DNA of 64,000 nt, from contig NC_057760.1 in assembly GCF_004010195.1 (NCBI RefSeq), forward strand, positions 1,672,215-1,736,214, in the 5' to 3' direction. The translations under genes were made by a program, and so were the position numbers. Source of the stretch: Chiloscyllium plagiosum. Its lineage: Eukaryota. This document shows positions 37,095-50,312 of the stretch, one piece after another (the first letter of the stretch is position 1; every line of letters starts with the position of its first letter). Below the pieces are notes generated by a model. It searched no databases, was not told the DNA's origin, and was given only the letters and a program-made list of their open reading frames with translations.

Positions 37095-37265
37095 CTGGAC
37101 TGTTACGATGGCTGGCAGTTGTTTTTGGAGAAAGTCTTTGCGAGCGCACAGATCCTTCCGAATGAGATAACCCTTCATGTGGGCCTGAAGCCTTGTGATC
37201 ATTCCCTCGTTCGCCTTCCAGAGTCTCTCTCGATTATAAACAGCTGTCACTCCAGTTACCGTGGC
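37095..37265 (-). CDS. IQGAP3: IQGAP3 coding exon (approx. exon 19, IQ1): ATVTGVTAVYNRERLWKANEGMITRLQAHMKGYLIRKDLCARKDFLQKQLPAIVTVQ
   Basis: attttag acceptor, GTAGAG donor; 171 nt, phase 0 to 0; IQ motif LQAxxKGYLIR. Translated by hand. Confidence 0.94.
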
Positions 37266-38115
37266 CTAAAATCGGTTGGTGGGGAATAAAGGTAGCAGTT
37301 GTCAGAGTCTGCAGTGTCTACAACATATCTGACCCACACAATTTCTCTTGGTAGCACGACCAACAGGAGCCCTAGACAGCTTTCTGCACCTGTAGGCCAT
37401 TCACCCTCTGAGCTTATTCCACCTTTGAAATATATCCCGGCTGATTTTAACTCTTTCCCTAGCAAGATGCGAACATCTATTTTGATAATGAGAGACACGG
37501 AGACACAGAAGTGTTCCAGATTTCCACTGTGTGAGGAACTGCTGTTTGATATCATTCATGAACAATCTGGATCAAACTTGGGATTTTAACATTTCTCCCA
37601 TCCCCACCCCATTCTGAACAATTCCCCATGCCTCTTTGCCTACTACATTCGAGGTAATGCAAGACTAGTTTGTGGGACCTCACCTCAGAATTTAACTCTT
37701 CCAGCCCAGGATTGTGCTGGTGAATCTGCAATGCACCCCCTTACAAGCCAATATGCCCTTCTTGAGCTTTGCGGGAGAGCTTGGAGTTGGGGTGGAAAAC
37801 AGGAGAATTGAACCCAGCTACTCCTAAGCGAACTGAACTCAAATAGTGAACATCACTTCCTCCCATTTCTCGTCCAGCCCCTGAGGTAAGGGATAACATC
37901 CCATTAGCTTTTCAGATTACACCTCCCCATTCCTGGCTTCTCGCCATTTGGAAAGAATTCTGGTCTCGCCTGGATCCAAAGTGGATGGTCCCTCACACTT
38001 CTCCATAATTGAGCGGTTTGTTCCCACTGGTTTAATCACACAATGTCCACTTACACGGTCTGTCAGCTCCTCCGAAGCTGCTGTGTGGCTCAGGACAGCG
38101 ACAGGGAAACCATAC

Positions 38116-38258
38116 CTGGATCTCTTCCCTGCTGATCTGTGTGGAGCTCTGCACAAATCCCCTGGGTCTCTCCCAGCTCCCCTCGAGCGTCTCCAAATTG
38201 AAATAGTACAGCGACCCATCCTTCAGCTTGTGTTTCACCCAACTGCTCCGGTTATCAC
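38116..38258 (-). CDS. IQGAP3: IQGAP3 coding exon (approx. exon 18, WW domain): (G)DNRSSWVKHKLKDGSLYYFNLETLEGSWERPRGFVQSSTQISREEIQ
   Basis: tctttag acceptor, GTATGG donor; 143 nt, phase 1 to 0; W...YY.N.....W..P WW signature. Confidence 0.95.
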
Positions 38259-41013
38259 CTAAAGAATGGAACAATCAAAAATGGCTTGCCTTTCTCATCC
38301 AACATTAGTACCGTACTCTGCAGGAGGAGGAGGCCATTTGACTCATCATGCTAAGGCCAGCTCTTTGAAAGAACTCTCAAATTAATCCCACTTCTCCTCA
38401 GCCTGCACTTTCAAAAGATATGCCTGGTTAGGATTTTCAAAGGGGAGACAATAGTTAGGTGGTAGTTAGTGTCAGTGGACCAGTAATCCAGAGGCCCAGA
38501 TTATGGGTCTGGGGATACTAGTTCAAATCAAATCCTGGGAGGCCATCATTTACTAGAACTGAACTGAATCAATCATATGAATACTATGGCTACAAGAGCA
38601 GGTTAAAAAGCTAAGAATCATGTAGAAAGTAACTCACATCCTGACTTCCCAAAGCCTATCCATAAAGGCTTACAAGACAAAGCCACAAGGATGATGGAAT
38701 ACTCCCCACTTGCCTGGATGAGTACAGCTCCAACAATATTCAGGAATATCTGCACAATCCAGGATCGATACCACATCTAAATTCAAAATTCATTCTTTCC
38801 ACCACCAATGTACAGTAACAGCAGTGTATACCATCTACAAGATGTACTGCATAAATTCACTAAGACTCCCTAGGCAGCACCTCCCAAATGCGCAACCACA
38901 ACCTCCCAGGGGACAAGGGCAACAGATACTTCCTCCAAATCACATCGCATCCAGACTTGGAAATATATCAGCCATTCCTTCAGTTCACTGGGTCCAACTG
39001 CTGGCACTTCCTCCCAAATGGCACTGAGTGCAGCAAGTTAAAGTTGTTGGCTCACCACCACCTACTCAAGGTCAATCAATGCTGGCCCCAGCAACAATAA
39101 CCACATCCCGTGAATGAATAGAGTTAAACTTGCACAAAAAACAAAAAGTCAGCACGCAGGCATAGCAAGCAATTAGAAAGGCAACAGATTAGTTCCCTTT
39201 TAATACAGGTCAAAGTTAAGTACCGAAATAAAGAAGCCTCGCATAAGGTTTTGGTGATCCCACTCCTGAAGTGGTGTGTGCAGTTTTGCTCTCCAGATTT
39301 CAGGAGGGATATACTCGTGCTGGAGGCCGTATACAGAAGGTTCAGGAGATGGGCCCCGAGTGAGAGAGGCTATCCTATGATAAGAGGTTGAATCGATCAG
39401 GTTGATACCCTCTGGAGTCTAAAGGAATTAGGAGCTGGTGATCTCACTGAGGCAGACAAGATGCCAAAGGGGACTGGCCAGGATCAACAGAGAGGGTACA
39501 CCTTCCCCCACGTCTAGCCAACGGGGGAACATGATGTGCACATTGTGGAGTGAACTGATCACAATCTCAGGACAAATGGGTGGCCATTTTGGACTGAGAT
39601 GAGAAGAAACTTCTTCACTCAGGAGGGAACTCTCTCTCCCATAGTGTTTGAATGTTCCGTGGCTTTAAGGGTGGAATCGACAGATTTTTATCCCACGTGG
39701 GGACTCGAGAGATATGGGAAACAGTCTGGAAAGTGGAGTGCAGGCTGATGACCAGATTATACATTGCAACAAGCACTATGGGCCATGTTCTCATTTCTTT
39801 CTTTTTTTGATTCCTGCAGCTTTGCAAATTGAGCCCAATTTGACTGCTCTTTCAAGTAGTGTTTACCAGACCACAACAACACATCACATTAACAAATTCT
39901 CATTTCACCAGAGCTCTTTCACCAAATCTCCACTATCTGCGCTCCTCTGCTGACCGACCGACCTCTCTGCCAGTGGAAATAGTTTCTTGTGACTATCTCG
40001 ACTGAAACCTTGAAGACCTGGAGCTTCTCTGCTGCAGGGATGACTGAAGTCTCTCATTAACCAGAGAATAGTTCTGGCAAATTCCTGCCCTAGACTTGGG
40101 CAACCTTCCTAGAGTTTGGGTGCCAATAATTGGATGTAACACTTCAGCTGGGGCCTAACCAGAGAATTACAAAAGGTTTGGTGCAACTTCATTGCTTTTG
40201 TACGCAATTCCATTCTGAATAAAGATGACAGCTTTATCAATTTATCTTGCATCCCTTCAAACGTGCGCAAGCAAGAACAACCAAGCCTCTGTTCTGCACC
40301 ACCCTTGAAAAGCACAAGTTCATATAGAAAGAGATTTGATCTTCGCTAATAACTCCAGTGACCGGTCATCTCATGTTACTGCCTGGCCCTCTAGGAAGGC
40401 GTTCAGAATCTAATTTAGGAGTTAAGAGAGTAGGGGTTGATAGCTTTTTCTGACACTTGGGGCAACATAGCTGGATCTTCATCCCATTTCCACCAAACAC
40501 CTACTCCTTAGTAGGGCTTGTTGATTGGAAGTAGGAGCTCCAGTTGATTATTCACAAGGAGTTTTCCTGGCCTGTATGTTACAGAGTCACACCATGATGG
40601 CATGCAAGCCTGTCTACCACATGTGGTATGTGAAAATACAATGATGTGAGCAGTGGTGTGAATTGGAATGGTCCAATTCCAAAACAGTGGTGCCAGAAAG
40701 GTAGGCAGTCTTCAGGTTCCTGGGTCCTTCTGCTCCAGACCAGCTGCTTCCTCCCTTCTTTGTCAGGGGCTCAGGGTGGGATGAAGATGGACTTTCAGCG
40801 TTTTAAAAATTCTTTGTTCTGAAGCTACTCAAGGTGGTGCCGGATTGTGGCGACAGTTGAAGCTTTTCACTGTATTTTACAGTGCTGTTCATTGTAGAGT
40901 ACAAGTGACAATAAATCATGATTCAAGTGACTACAAACCTGAGGAGAACAGAGACATACTATTTCTTAAAGCATAATGAGCAGCATCTCTATCCCTCTGA
41001 GGCAAAGGCTTAC

Positions 41014-41181
41014 CCATCTCCATTTTAATTTGCATCAACATGGCCAACTCAGATTGGTAGGTGGAGGCACATTCTGGAACCACACTGCATAAAGCCACAC
41101 TTGGAGAACGCAGAACCCGCAGTGTTTGCGATGCAACACCCTCCTTGATTGCCTGATTGATGGCTGCTACCCCCAGCGACA
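41014..41181 (-). CDS. IQGAP3: IQGAP3 coding exon (approx. exon 17): (M)SLGVAAINQAIKEGVASQTLRVLRSPSVALCSVVPECASTYQSELAMLMQIKMEM
   Basis: ttttcag acceptor, GTAAGC donor; 168 nt, phase 1 to 1; LGVAAINQAIKEG is IQGAP3-like. Confidence 0.94.
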
Positions 41182-41895
41182 CTGAAAACAAAGCAAAGAG
41201 AAACCAACAACACATGAAGTTAGAAGGCACTTGAAACTACAACTAAATTAATAGGTGTCTCTCTCTCTCTCTCTCGAGCTACTGTCTTCCTCTTTCTCTC
41301 TCCCCATCCTACCTAGCCCGTCCTCTCTCACTCTCCACCCATGGAGTAGTTCAGCACCACGCTGGGAGATACATCGATCCCTCCATGCCACAGCGTACAA
41401 CTGCATATTCACAGGGAATACCACAATGAAACAAGACTGGCGTTCGCATTCTGTCTTTTTAAACGTATATGTTGCAAAGTACTTCAAAAGCCAATGATAT
41501 TTGGAGGTGCATTCACTGTTGTAACACAGGAAACAGAAAATCTTCCACCTGCAATGTGATAACCACCAGCTAATCTATATCAGCTATTGTGGACAAGTAT
41601 TGGCCCAGATCATTCAAAAGATGCTCCTCTTCCAGAGGGCCTAAAAGAATTCAGGTGTGGTTTTTGGAAGGGCAGACAGGGCCTTGATTTAGCATCTCAC
41701 CTGAAAGACAGCACCTCCAACAGTGTGGAGGCCTGGACAGAGTTATACAGCATGGAAACAGACCCTCTAGTCCAGTCAGGAGTTAAACACACAACTCTTT
41801 TAGACTCAGAGGTTGCTGAGACATGACTGTTGGAACACACTGACAGGACGCAACACGCCCCCAACCCCACCTGGCCCGTAACGGAATGACTCAAC

Positions 41896-41986
41896 TTTTC
41901 CTCGCAGCCTGCCCATCCTGGTTGGCCTTGTGAATCCCATCCTGAACTTCCTCGATCCAGAGCACCGCTGTCTCGTCCCGATTGTC
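41896..41986 (-). CDS. IQGAP3: IQGAP3 coding exon (approx. exon 16): DNRDETAVLWIEEVQDGIHKANQDGQAARK
   Basis: tcctcag acceptor, weak GTTGAG donor; 91 nt, phase 0 to 1; AVLW.EE.Q.G motif. Confidence 0.9.
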
Positions 41987-42103
41987 CTGAGGATGCGAAA
42001 AGGATTTTTTTTTCTCTTTGAAAAAAGGAGTCGTTAAAACCTCCACAGGCAACCGATCCTCGAGGAGACGGAAAACGGGATTTATAATGGGGCTGCCTCG
42101 TAC

Positions 42104-42267
42104 CTTGGCCTTTTGCCGCTTTGCCGCGGCCAGCACATCGTGGTAGCGCTTGGCAGCCGGGAAGTCCAAGTCGGCTAGTCCAGCAGATGGCATTAGGAGC
42201 GCCGCTATGGTCCTCTCGGGATCGTTCCGGTCCAGTGCTTCATTTATCAAACCAATCGCAACGATTT
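42104..42267 (-). CDS. IQGAP3: IQGAP3 coding exon (approx. exon 15): (K)IVAIGLINEALDRNDPERTIAALLMPSAGLADLDFPAAKRYHDVLAAAKRQKAK
   Basis: tctgcag acceptor, GTACGA donor; 164 nt, phase 1 to 0. Confidence 0.93.
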
Positions 42268-42289
42268 CTGCAGAAACCACAGATGGAAT

Positions 42290-44800
42290 TCACGCAGCCT
42301 AAGAACAGGCAATTGTGGATATGGTCACATGCTGAGAAGCAAACTTAATGAGGGAGCTCAAGGTGAAAAACAACCCCTGGGGCAGTGGCCATAACAAGGT
42401 AGAATTCACCCTGCAGGTTTGGGAGGGAGTAGCTTGGAATCAGATGCAACAAAATGACAATTGAGTAAAGAGAACAAAGACATGAGGGAGGAGCTGACCA
42501 GAGTTAATTGGAAGGGGAGCCGAGCAGGGAAGACAGTGGAGCAGCAATGGCAGGAGTTTCTGGGGGTGTAATTCAGGAGGCACAATTCATCCCAAGGACA
42601 AAAAAAACATACTAAGGAGACAATGAGGCAACTGAAAGTCAAGGACAGCATAAAAGCAAAAGAAAAAGCATACAATAGGAGTAAGATTATTGGGAAGCCT
42701 TTAAAAACCAGCAGATGACAACTAAAAAAAAAGCAACGAGGGTTGAGAAGTTGATAAGTAAGGTTAATCTAGCTAGTAACATAAAAGAGTTTTTTTTTAA
42801 GATAGATAAAAGGTAGAGAGAGGCAAGAGTGGATATTGGTCCACTGGAAAATGAGTAGTAGTAATAGGGAGCAAAGAAATGGCAAAGGAAATAAGATACT
42901 TTGCACTAGAATTCAGGGTGGAAGACACCAGCAGCACACCACAACTTCAAGAGAGTCAGGGGCAGAGGTGAGTGTAGTGGCCATCACTAAGCATAAGGTG
43001 CGAGAGAAGCTGAAAGGTCCAAAGGTGGATACTCACCCAGAAGAGGATAGAAAAGGAAATTGAGGAGGCATTGGTGGTTCTTTCAGGAATCATTGGAATC
43101 AGGGGAGGGTCCCAGAGGACTGGGAAATGGTTTAATTCATAAGAAGGGAGGGAAGCAGAAGTTAGAATCGGTTAGCTTGAGTTCAGTCTTCGGGAAGAGT
43201 TTAGAGCTCATTATTGAGGATGAGATTGCAGAGTACTTGCAGAATGCTGTAAAATAGAGCAGAGCCAGCACAGCTTCATCAGGGGAGGTCATGCGTGGCT
43301 CTTTCAGGAATCATTGGAATCAGGGGAGGGTCCCAGAGGACTGGGAAATGGCTTAATTCATAAGAAGGGAGGGAAGCAGAAGTTAGAATCGGTTAGCCTG
43401 AACTCAGTGTTTGGGAAGAGTTTAGAGCTCATTATTGAGGATGAGATTGCAGAGTACTTGCAGCATGCTGTAAAATAGAGCAGAGCCAGCACAGCTTCAT
43501 CAGGGGAGGTCATGCCTGGCAAATCTGTTAGAATTGTTTGGAGGAAGTAATGAGTAAGTTAGACAAGGGAGAGTCAGTGGACATAATTTATTTGGATTTC
43601 CAGAAGGCCTTTGACAAAGTGCTGCACAAGAGGTTGCTCAATAGGATAAGAGGCCATGCATCAGGGGCAAGGTACTGGTGTGGAGACAGGATTGGTTGAC
43701 TGGCAGAAGGCAGAGAGTGGGGATAAACGGGTCTTCTTCAGGATGGCAGCTGGTGACTAGTGGAATCAGTGTTGGGTTCACAACTGTTCAGGTTATACAT
43801 TAACAATCTGTATGAAGGAACTGAGGGCATTGTTGCCAAGTTTACAGATGAGGAAGGAGGGAGCAGGTAGTCTTGAGGAGGCTGCAGAAGGACTTGGAGA
43901 GACAGAGAGTGAGTAAAGAAGTGGCAGATAGAATACAACATGGTAAAATGTGAGATTATACATTTTGTGAGGAAGAATAAAGGTGAACTGTTTTCTAAAC
44001 AGGGAAACATTTCGGAAATTGAAGCACAAACAAACTTGGGAATGCTAGTTCAGGATTCTCAAGGTTAATGTGAAAGTTCAGTTGGCAGTTAGGAAGGCAC
44101 TGATTTAAAGAGGGCAAGAAAACAAGAGGAGGGATGTACTGCTGAGTTTGAAGAAGGTGCTGATCAGACTACACTTGAAATATTGCGAGCAGTTTTGGGC
44201 CTTGTACCTAAGGGAGGATATGTTGGAGTCAGAGGAAGTCGAGAGGCGGTTTTCAAGAATAATGCTGGGGTTGAAGGGCTCGTCGTAAGAGGTTGAGGAT
44301 TCTGGGTCTGTACTCAGTAGAGATTAGAAGGATGAGAGGGGATCTGACTGAAACTTAGAGTGCTGAAAGGCCTGGAGAGAGTGGATGTGGAGAAGATGAT
44401 GTTTCCAGAGTGGGAAAGACCAAGGGCATGGCCTCAGTGAAGGGACTGAGATGAGGAGGAATTTCTTTGGCCAGAGACTGATGAATCTGTGAAACTCAAT
44501 GCTGCAAAAGGCTGTGGAGGCCAAATCAATGAATGTATAGAAGACAGAGTCTTGATTAGTAAGGGGATCAAGGGTTACGAGGAGAAGGCAGGAGAATGGG
44601 ATTGAGAAATATATATATATATATATATATATATCAGACACAATTGGCCAAATGGCTAATTTTGCTCCTACATCTTATGGGAGGCCTTTCAAACGATCAT
44701 ATTTCAGTTTTGAAGAGGAGTCACCCTAGACTGGATTGAGAAATATATCAGCCATGATTGAATGGTGGAGCAGACACAATTGGCCAAATGGCCTAATTTT
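42290..44800 (+). mobile_element. Decayed CR1 LINE ORF2 to 3' end, containing two local tandem duplications
   Basis: LDFQKAFDKV-type RT motif near 43590, LEYCEQFW motif and CR1 tail. Confidence 0.85.
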
Positions 44801-45329
44801 GCTCCTACATCTTATGGGAGGCCTTTCAAACGATCATATTTCAGTTTTGAAGAGGAGTCACCCTAGACTTGAAACATTAATGGCTTCTCTCTCCACAGAT
44901 GTTTCCAGACCTGCTGAGTTTCTCCAGTATTCTGTGCTTTTGTTGCAGATTGCCAGAATCTGCAATGTTTTGTCTTTCAAAGGTAACAGGGCTAACATGC
45001 TCTTGATCACGGGAATATCAAAATCGTCTGTAGAAGGCATTCGCAAATAAATGGGTTGAGGCAGGGTTTCCCAGACTGGAGCTTGCGGACCGAATAAGGT
45101 CGCCAGCGGACCACGTGCAGTTGCAAGCTCTGGGGCAGCCACTTGAAGAGTGGACAAAGTCAGCTCGCATTTGGGAACACCCCCTGCCAGGTCCTCTGAG
45201 ATGCACGCAATCCAGACTCAGAAATATATATTAGACATTCCTCCAGTGTCACTGGGTCAAAATTCTGCACTCCCTCTTTTCACTGCACTCTGGGTGTTCC
45301 TGTGTCAAGGTTCAACGCAACAGCTCAAA

Positions 45330-45750
45330 GAGGCTGAACAGGCTAGGATTGTTTTCTTTGGAGCGTCGGAGGCTGAGGGGTGACCTTATACAGGTTTACA
45401 AAATCATGGATAGGGTGAATGGACAAAGTCTTTTCCCTGGGGTAGGAGAGTCCAGAACTAGAGGGCATAGATTTAGGGTGAGAGGGGAAAGATATAAAAG
45501 AGACCTAAGGGGCAAATCTTTCCATGCAGACAGTGGTGTGTGTACTGAATGAGCTGCCAGAGGAAGTGCTGGAGGCTGGTATAATTGCAACATTTAAAAG
45601 GCATTTGTATGGGTATATGAATAGGAAGGGTTTGGAGGGATTTAGGCTGGGTGCTGGCAGGTGGGACTAGATTGGGTTGGGATATCTGGTCGGCATGGAA
45701 GAGTTGGAACAAAGGGTGTTTCCATGCTGTACATCTGTGACTCTATGACC
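45330..45750 (+). mobile_element. CR1 LINE 3' fragment
   Basis: FSLERRRLRGDLIQVYKIM..SRTRGHRF. Confidence 0.9.
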
Positions 45751-46344
45751 ACCCATTCAAGGGCTTTTAGGGATGGACAGCCAGCCACTCCGACATCACG
45801 TGAACAAACATAACAGAAAGGAGCACTATTTCAAGAGAACGCTAGGCAACCTCATGAGGAATAGAGGTTATGCTGACAGGGAGGTCATGTTAGTGTTCAG
45901 ATTGTTCTTCCCAAGAGGGCAGTGGAGACTGAGAGACACAGCGTATTCATTGTTGAATTATTTTTGTCCAACAAAGGAGTAAAGAAAGATTATTGGGCGG
46001 CTGGTGGCTGTGGACAGGAAAGGGAAGACAAGGTCAAAAAACAAAAACAGATCAGCCACAATCTTATCAAATGGCAGGACCTGCTCAATAGCTGAATGGT
46101 CTATTCGTGCTCCTAATTCACATGATCTTATAAAGCAAAGGGTAGAGGCTCAGTTGGAGCATAGAATGAATATAGATCCCTTGGAGTGCATAACCTATTT
46201 CTGTGCTGTTGCATTACATATATTGAAGTAAACCTTCAGAAGGGTCCAGGGAAGCACTCAAGGTTAATTCTCCCCTCCGATTCTCCAAGTGCATTTATCA
46301 GAAACCAAACTGGCAGGGCACAGAAGACGGAAGTCCGTACTCAC

Positions 46345-46469
46345 TGTCATGCTCCTTTTCCACAGCTAAATTCACATCATGCACACACATTTGCAGGTCG
46401 TTCCAGGACAGCATCACCACCCCATTTCTCTGGGCCTGTTGCTTGAGCAGAGTCAGTTCAGCAAAGTAC
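46345..46469 (-). CDS. IQGAP3: IQGAP3 coding exon (approx. exon 14): (R)YFAELTLLKQQAQRNGVVMLSWNDLQMCVHDVNLAVEKEHD
   Basis: ttaacag acceptor, GTGAGT donor; 125 nt, phase 2 to 1; LSWNDLQ motif. Confidence 0.93.
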
Positions 46470-46689
46470 CTGTTAACGAAACACCACTGAAACATCACAA
46501 ATCCAAAATGAGCCCGCATCCAGGGAGCCTACTCGGGCAAGGACACCCTGCACAAAGGTCCACCATGCTTGTTCCCTCTCACCTCCCCGAACTGTCACAA
46601 TATCCAGAATCGGAGTGCATCTGGGAAAGTTAAAAAACAGTGAAATTCACAACTAATCTTGGAGGAACTGTTGGGCGAAGTTCACAGCA

Positions 46690-49600
46690 CAGAATCAGAT
46701 AAGTTAATTGTTGTTTTAAGTCTGTCCAAGAGAAAGGCTGCAGTAATGAGTATTGTGGATTCTTTCTTGATTATATGTTTTTGGAGACAAGTCTCTTGAT
46801 TAAACTTAAAATATAAGCCATAGCTATTAATTTAACCTGGGACAGTTTGTAGAGGAATAAGACAGTGTTATTTTCTGGGTCCATAGATTGTGAAGGAGCA
46901 AAAATGGCCTTTGCAGTGATATGTACTTCTTGTCAGATGTGGGAGTTTAAAGAGTTTAATGATTACTGCGGATTATATCTGCCATAAATGCTGTTGGATG
47001 CGAAGAGGTCGGCACCTAGGGCAGGAGTCTTGTGGATATACCCATTTCAAACAGGTATGCTGTTTTGGAAAATGTAGGGGGTGATGGATTCTCAGGGGAA
47101 CGTATCACAAACAGCCAAGTCTCTGGTATTGAGACTGGCTGTAATGCAACGAGGGGTACGTCGGCTTCCAAGAGATCAATTGTGTTAGGGGATTCTGTAG
47201 TCAGAGGTGCTGACAGATGTTTCTGTGGCCAGCAGAGAAAAAGCAGAATGGTGTGTTGTTTCCCTGGTGCCAGGATCAAGGATGTCTCAGAGAGGGTGCA
47301 GAATGTTCTCACAGGGGAGAGGGGCCAGCAGGAGGTCATTGTCCACATTGGAACCAACGATATTGGAGGGGGATAGGTTGAGACTCTGAAGGGAGATTAC
47401 AGAGAGTTAGGCAAAAATTTAAAAAGGAGGTCCTCAAGGGTAGTAATATCTGGATTAATCCCAGTGCTACGAGCTAGTGAGGGCAGGAATACGAGGATAG
47501 AGCAGATGAATGCATGGCTGAGGAGCTGGAGTGTGGGAGAAGGATTCATTTTTTTGGATCATTGGAATCTCTTTTGGGATAGAAGTGACCTGTACAAGAA
47601 GGACGGATTGCACCTAAATTGGAAGGGGACTAATATACTGGCAGGGAAATTTGCTAAAACTACTCGGGAGGATTTAAACTACTAAGGTGGAGGGGTTGGG
47701 ACCCAGGGAGATAGTGAGGAAAGAGATCGATCTGAGACGGGTACAGCTGAGCACAGAAGTGAGTCAAACAGTCAGGGCAGGCAGGGACAAGGTAGGACTA
47801 ATAAATTAAACTGCATTTATTTCAACGCAAGGGGCCTAACAGGGAAGGCAGATGAACTCAGGGCATTGTTAGGAACATAGGACTGGGATATCATAGCAAT
47901 TACGGAAACATGGCTCAGTGATGGGTAGGACTGGCAGCTTAATGTTCCAGGATACAAATGCTACAGGAGGGATAGAAAGGGAGGCAAGAGAGGAGGGGGA
48001 GTGGCATTTTTGATAAGGGATAGCATTACAGCTGTGCTGAGGGAGGATAGTCCTGGAAATACATCCAGGGAAGTTATTTGAGTGGAACTGAGAATTAAGA
48101 AAGGGATGATAACCTTATTGGGATTGTATTATAGACACCCCCCAATAGTCAGAGGGAAATTGAGAAACAAACTTGTAAGGAGATCTCAGTTATCTGTTAG
48201 AATAATAGGGTGGTTATGGCAGGAGATTTTAACTTTCCAGACATAGACTGGGACTGCCATAGTGTTAAAGGTTTAGATGGAGAGGAATTTGTTAAGTGCG
48301 TACAAGACAATTTTCCTGATTCAGTATGTGGATGTACTTTCTAGAGAAGGTGCAAAACTTTACCTACTCGTGGGAAATAAGGCAGGGCAGGTGACCGAGG
48401 TGTCAGTGGGAGAGCACTTTGGGGCCAGCAACCATGATTCTATTCGTTTTTAAAATAGTGATGGAAAAGGATAGACCAGATCTAAAAGGTGAAGTTCTAA
48501 ATTGGAGAAAAGCCAATTTTGATGGTATTCAGCAAGAACTTTTGAAAGCTGATTGGAGGCAGACGTTCGCAGGTAAAGGGACGGCTGGAAAATGGGAAGT
48601 CTTCAGAAATGAGATAACAAGAATCCAGAGAAAGTATATTCCTGTCAGGGTGAAAGGGAAGGCTGATAGGTTTAGGGAATGCTTGATGACTAAAGAAATT
48701 GAGGATCTGGTTAAAAAAAAGGAGGAAGCATATGTCAGGTATAGACAGGATAGATCGAGTGAATCCTTAGAAGAATATAAAAGGAAGTAGGAGTATACTT
48801 AAGAGGGAAATCAGGTGGGCAAAACGGGGACATGAGATAGCTTTGGCAAATAAAGGAGAATCCAAAGGGTTTTTACAAATACATTAAGGACAAAAGGGTA
48901 ACTAGGGAGAGAATAGGGCCCCTCAAAGATCAGCAAGGCGGCCTTTGTGTGGAGTCACAGAAAATGGGGGAGATACTAAATGAATATTTTGCATCAGTAT
49001 TCACTGTGGAAAAGGATATGGAAGATATAGACTGTAGAGAAATAGATGGTGACATCTTGCAAAATGTCCAGATTACAGAGGAGGAAGTGTTGGATGTCTT
49101 GAAATGGTTAAAAGTGGATAAATCCCCAGGATCTGATCAAGTGAACCTGAGAACTCTGTGGGAAGCCAGAAAAAGAGATTGCTGGGCCTCTTGCGGAGTT
49201 ATTTGTATCATCAATAGTCACAGGTGAGGTGCTGGAAGACTGGAGGTTGGCAAATGTGGTGCCACTGTTTAAGAAGGGTGGTAAAGACAAGCCAGGGAAC
49301 TATAGACCGGTGAGCCTGACCTTGGTAGTGGGGAGGTTGTCGGAGGGAATCCTGAGGGACAGGATGTACATGTACTTGGAAAGGCAAGGACTGATTCGGG
49401 ATGGTCAACATGGCTTTGTGCATGGGAAATCATGTCTCACAAACTTGATTGAGTTTTTTGAAGTAGTAACAAAGAGGATTGATGAGGGCAGAGCGGTAGA
49501 TGTGATCTATATGGACTTCAGTAAGGCGTTCGACAAGGTTCCCCATGGGAGACTGATTAGCAAGGTTAGATCTCACGGAATACAGGGAGAACTAGCCATT

Positions 49601-50312
49601 TGGATACAGAACTGGCTCAAAGGTAGAAGACAGANNNNNNNNNNNNNNNNNNNNNNNNNNNNNNNNNNNNNNNNNNNNNNNNNNNNNNNNTTGCTGAACA
49701 AAGAGACCTTGGAGTGCAGGTTCATAGCTCCTTGAAAGTGGAGTCGCAGGTAGATAGGATAGTGAAGAAGGCACTTGGTATGCTTTCCTTTGGTAGTCAG
49801 AATATTGAGTACAGGAGTTAGGAGGTCATGTTGCGGCTGTACAGGACATTGCTTAGGCCACTGTGGAATACTGCGTGCAATTCTGGTCTCCTTCCTATCG
49901 GAAAGGTGTTGTGAAACTTGAAAGGGTTCAGAAAAGATTTACAAGGATGTTGCCAAGGTTGGAGGATCTGAGCTACTGGGAGAGGCTGAATAGGCTGGGA
50001 CTGTTTTCCCTGGAGCGTCAGAGGCTGAGGGGTGACCTTATAGAGGTTTACAAAATTATATGGGGAATGGATAGGATAAATGGGCAATGTCTTTTCCCTG
50101 AGTTCAGGGAGTCCAGAACTAGAGGGCATAGGTTGAGGACAAGAGGGGAAAGATATAAAAGAGACCTAAGGGGCAACGTTTTCACGCAGAGGGTGGTATG
50201 TGTATGGAATGAGCTGCCAGAGGATGTGGTGGAGGCTGGTACAATTGCAACATTTAAGAGGCATTTGGATGGGTATATGAATAGGAAGGCTTTGGAGGGA
50301 TATGAGCCAAAT
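46690..50312 (+). mobile_element. Near full-length, inactivated CR1 LINE: ORF1 (Cys-pair N-terminus plus SGNH/GDSL esterase) and ORF2 (AP endonuclease plus RT)
   Basis: IVLGDSVVRG..HIGTNDIG..DGLHLN (ORF1 esterase); YFNARGL..IIAITETWL (APE); PGNYRPVSLT..DFSKAFDKVPH (RT). Has stops and frameshifts; the RT core falls in the 56-N gap at 49635-49690. Confidence 0.93.

Noticed and set aside
47032..47685. Host GDSL lipase/esterase gene
   Set aside because: Intronless, frameshifted and directly upstream of APE-RT; it is CR1 ORF1.
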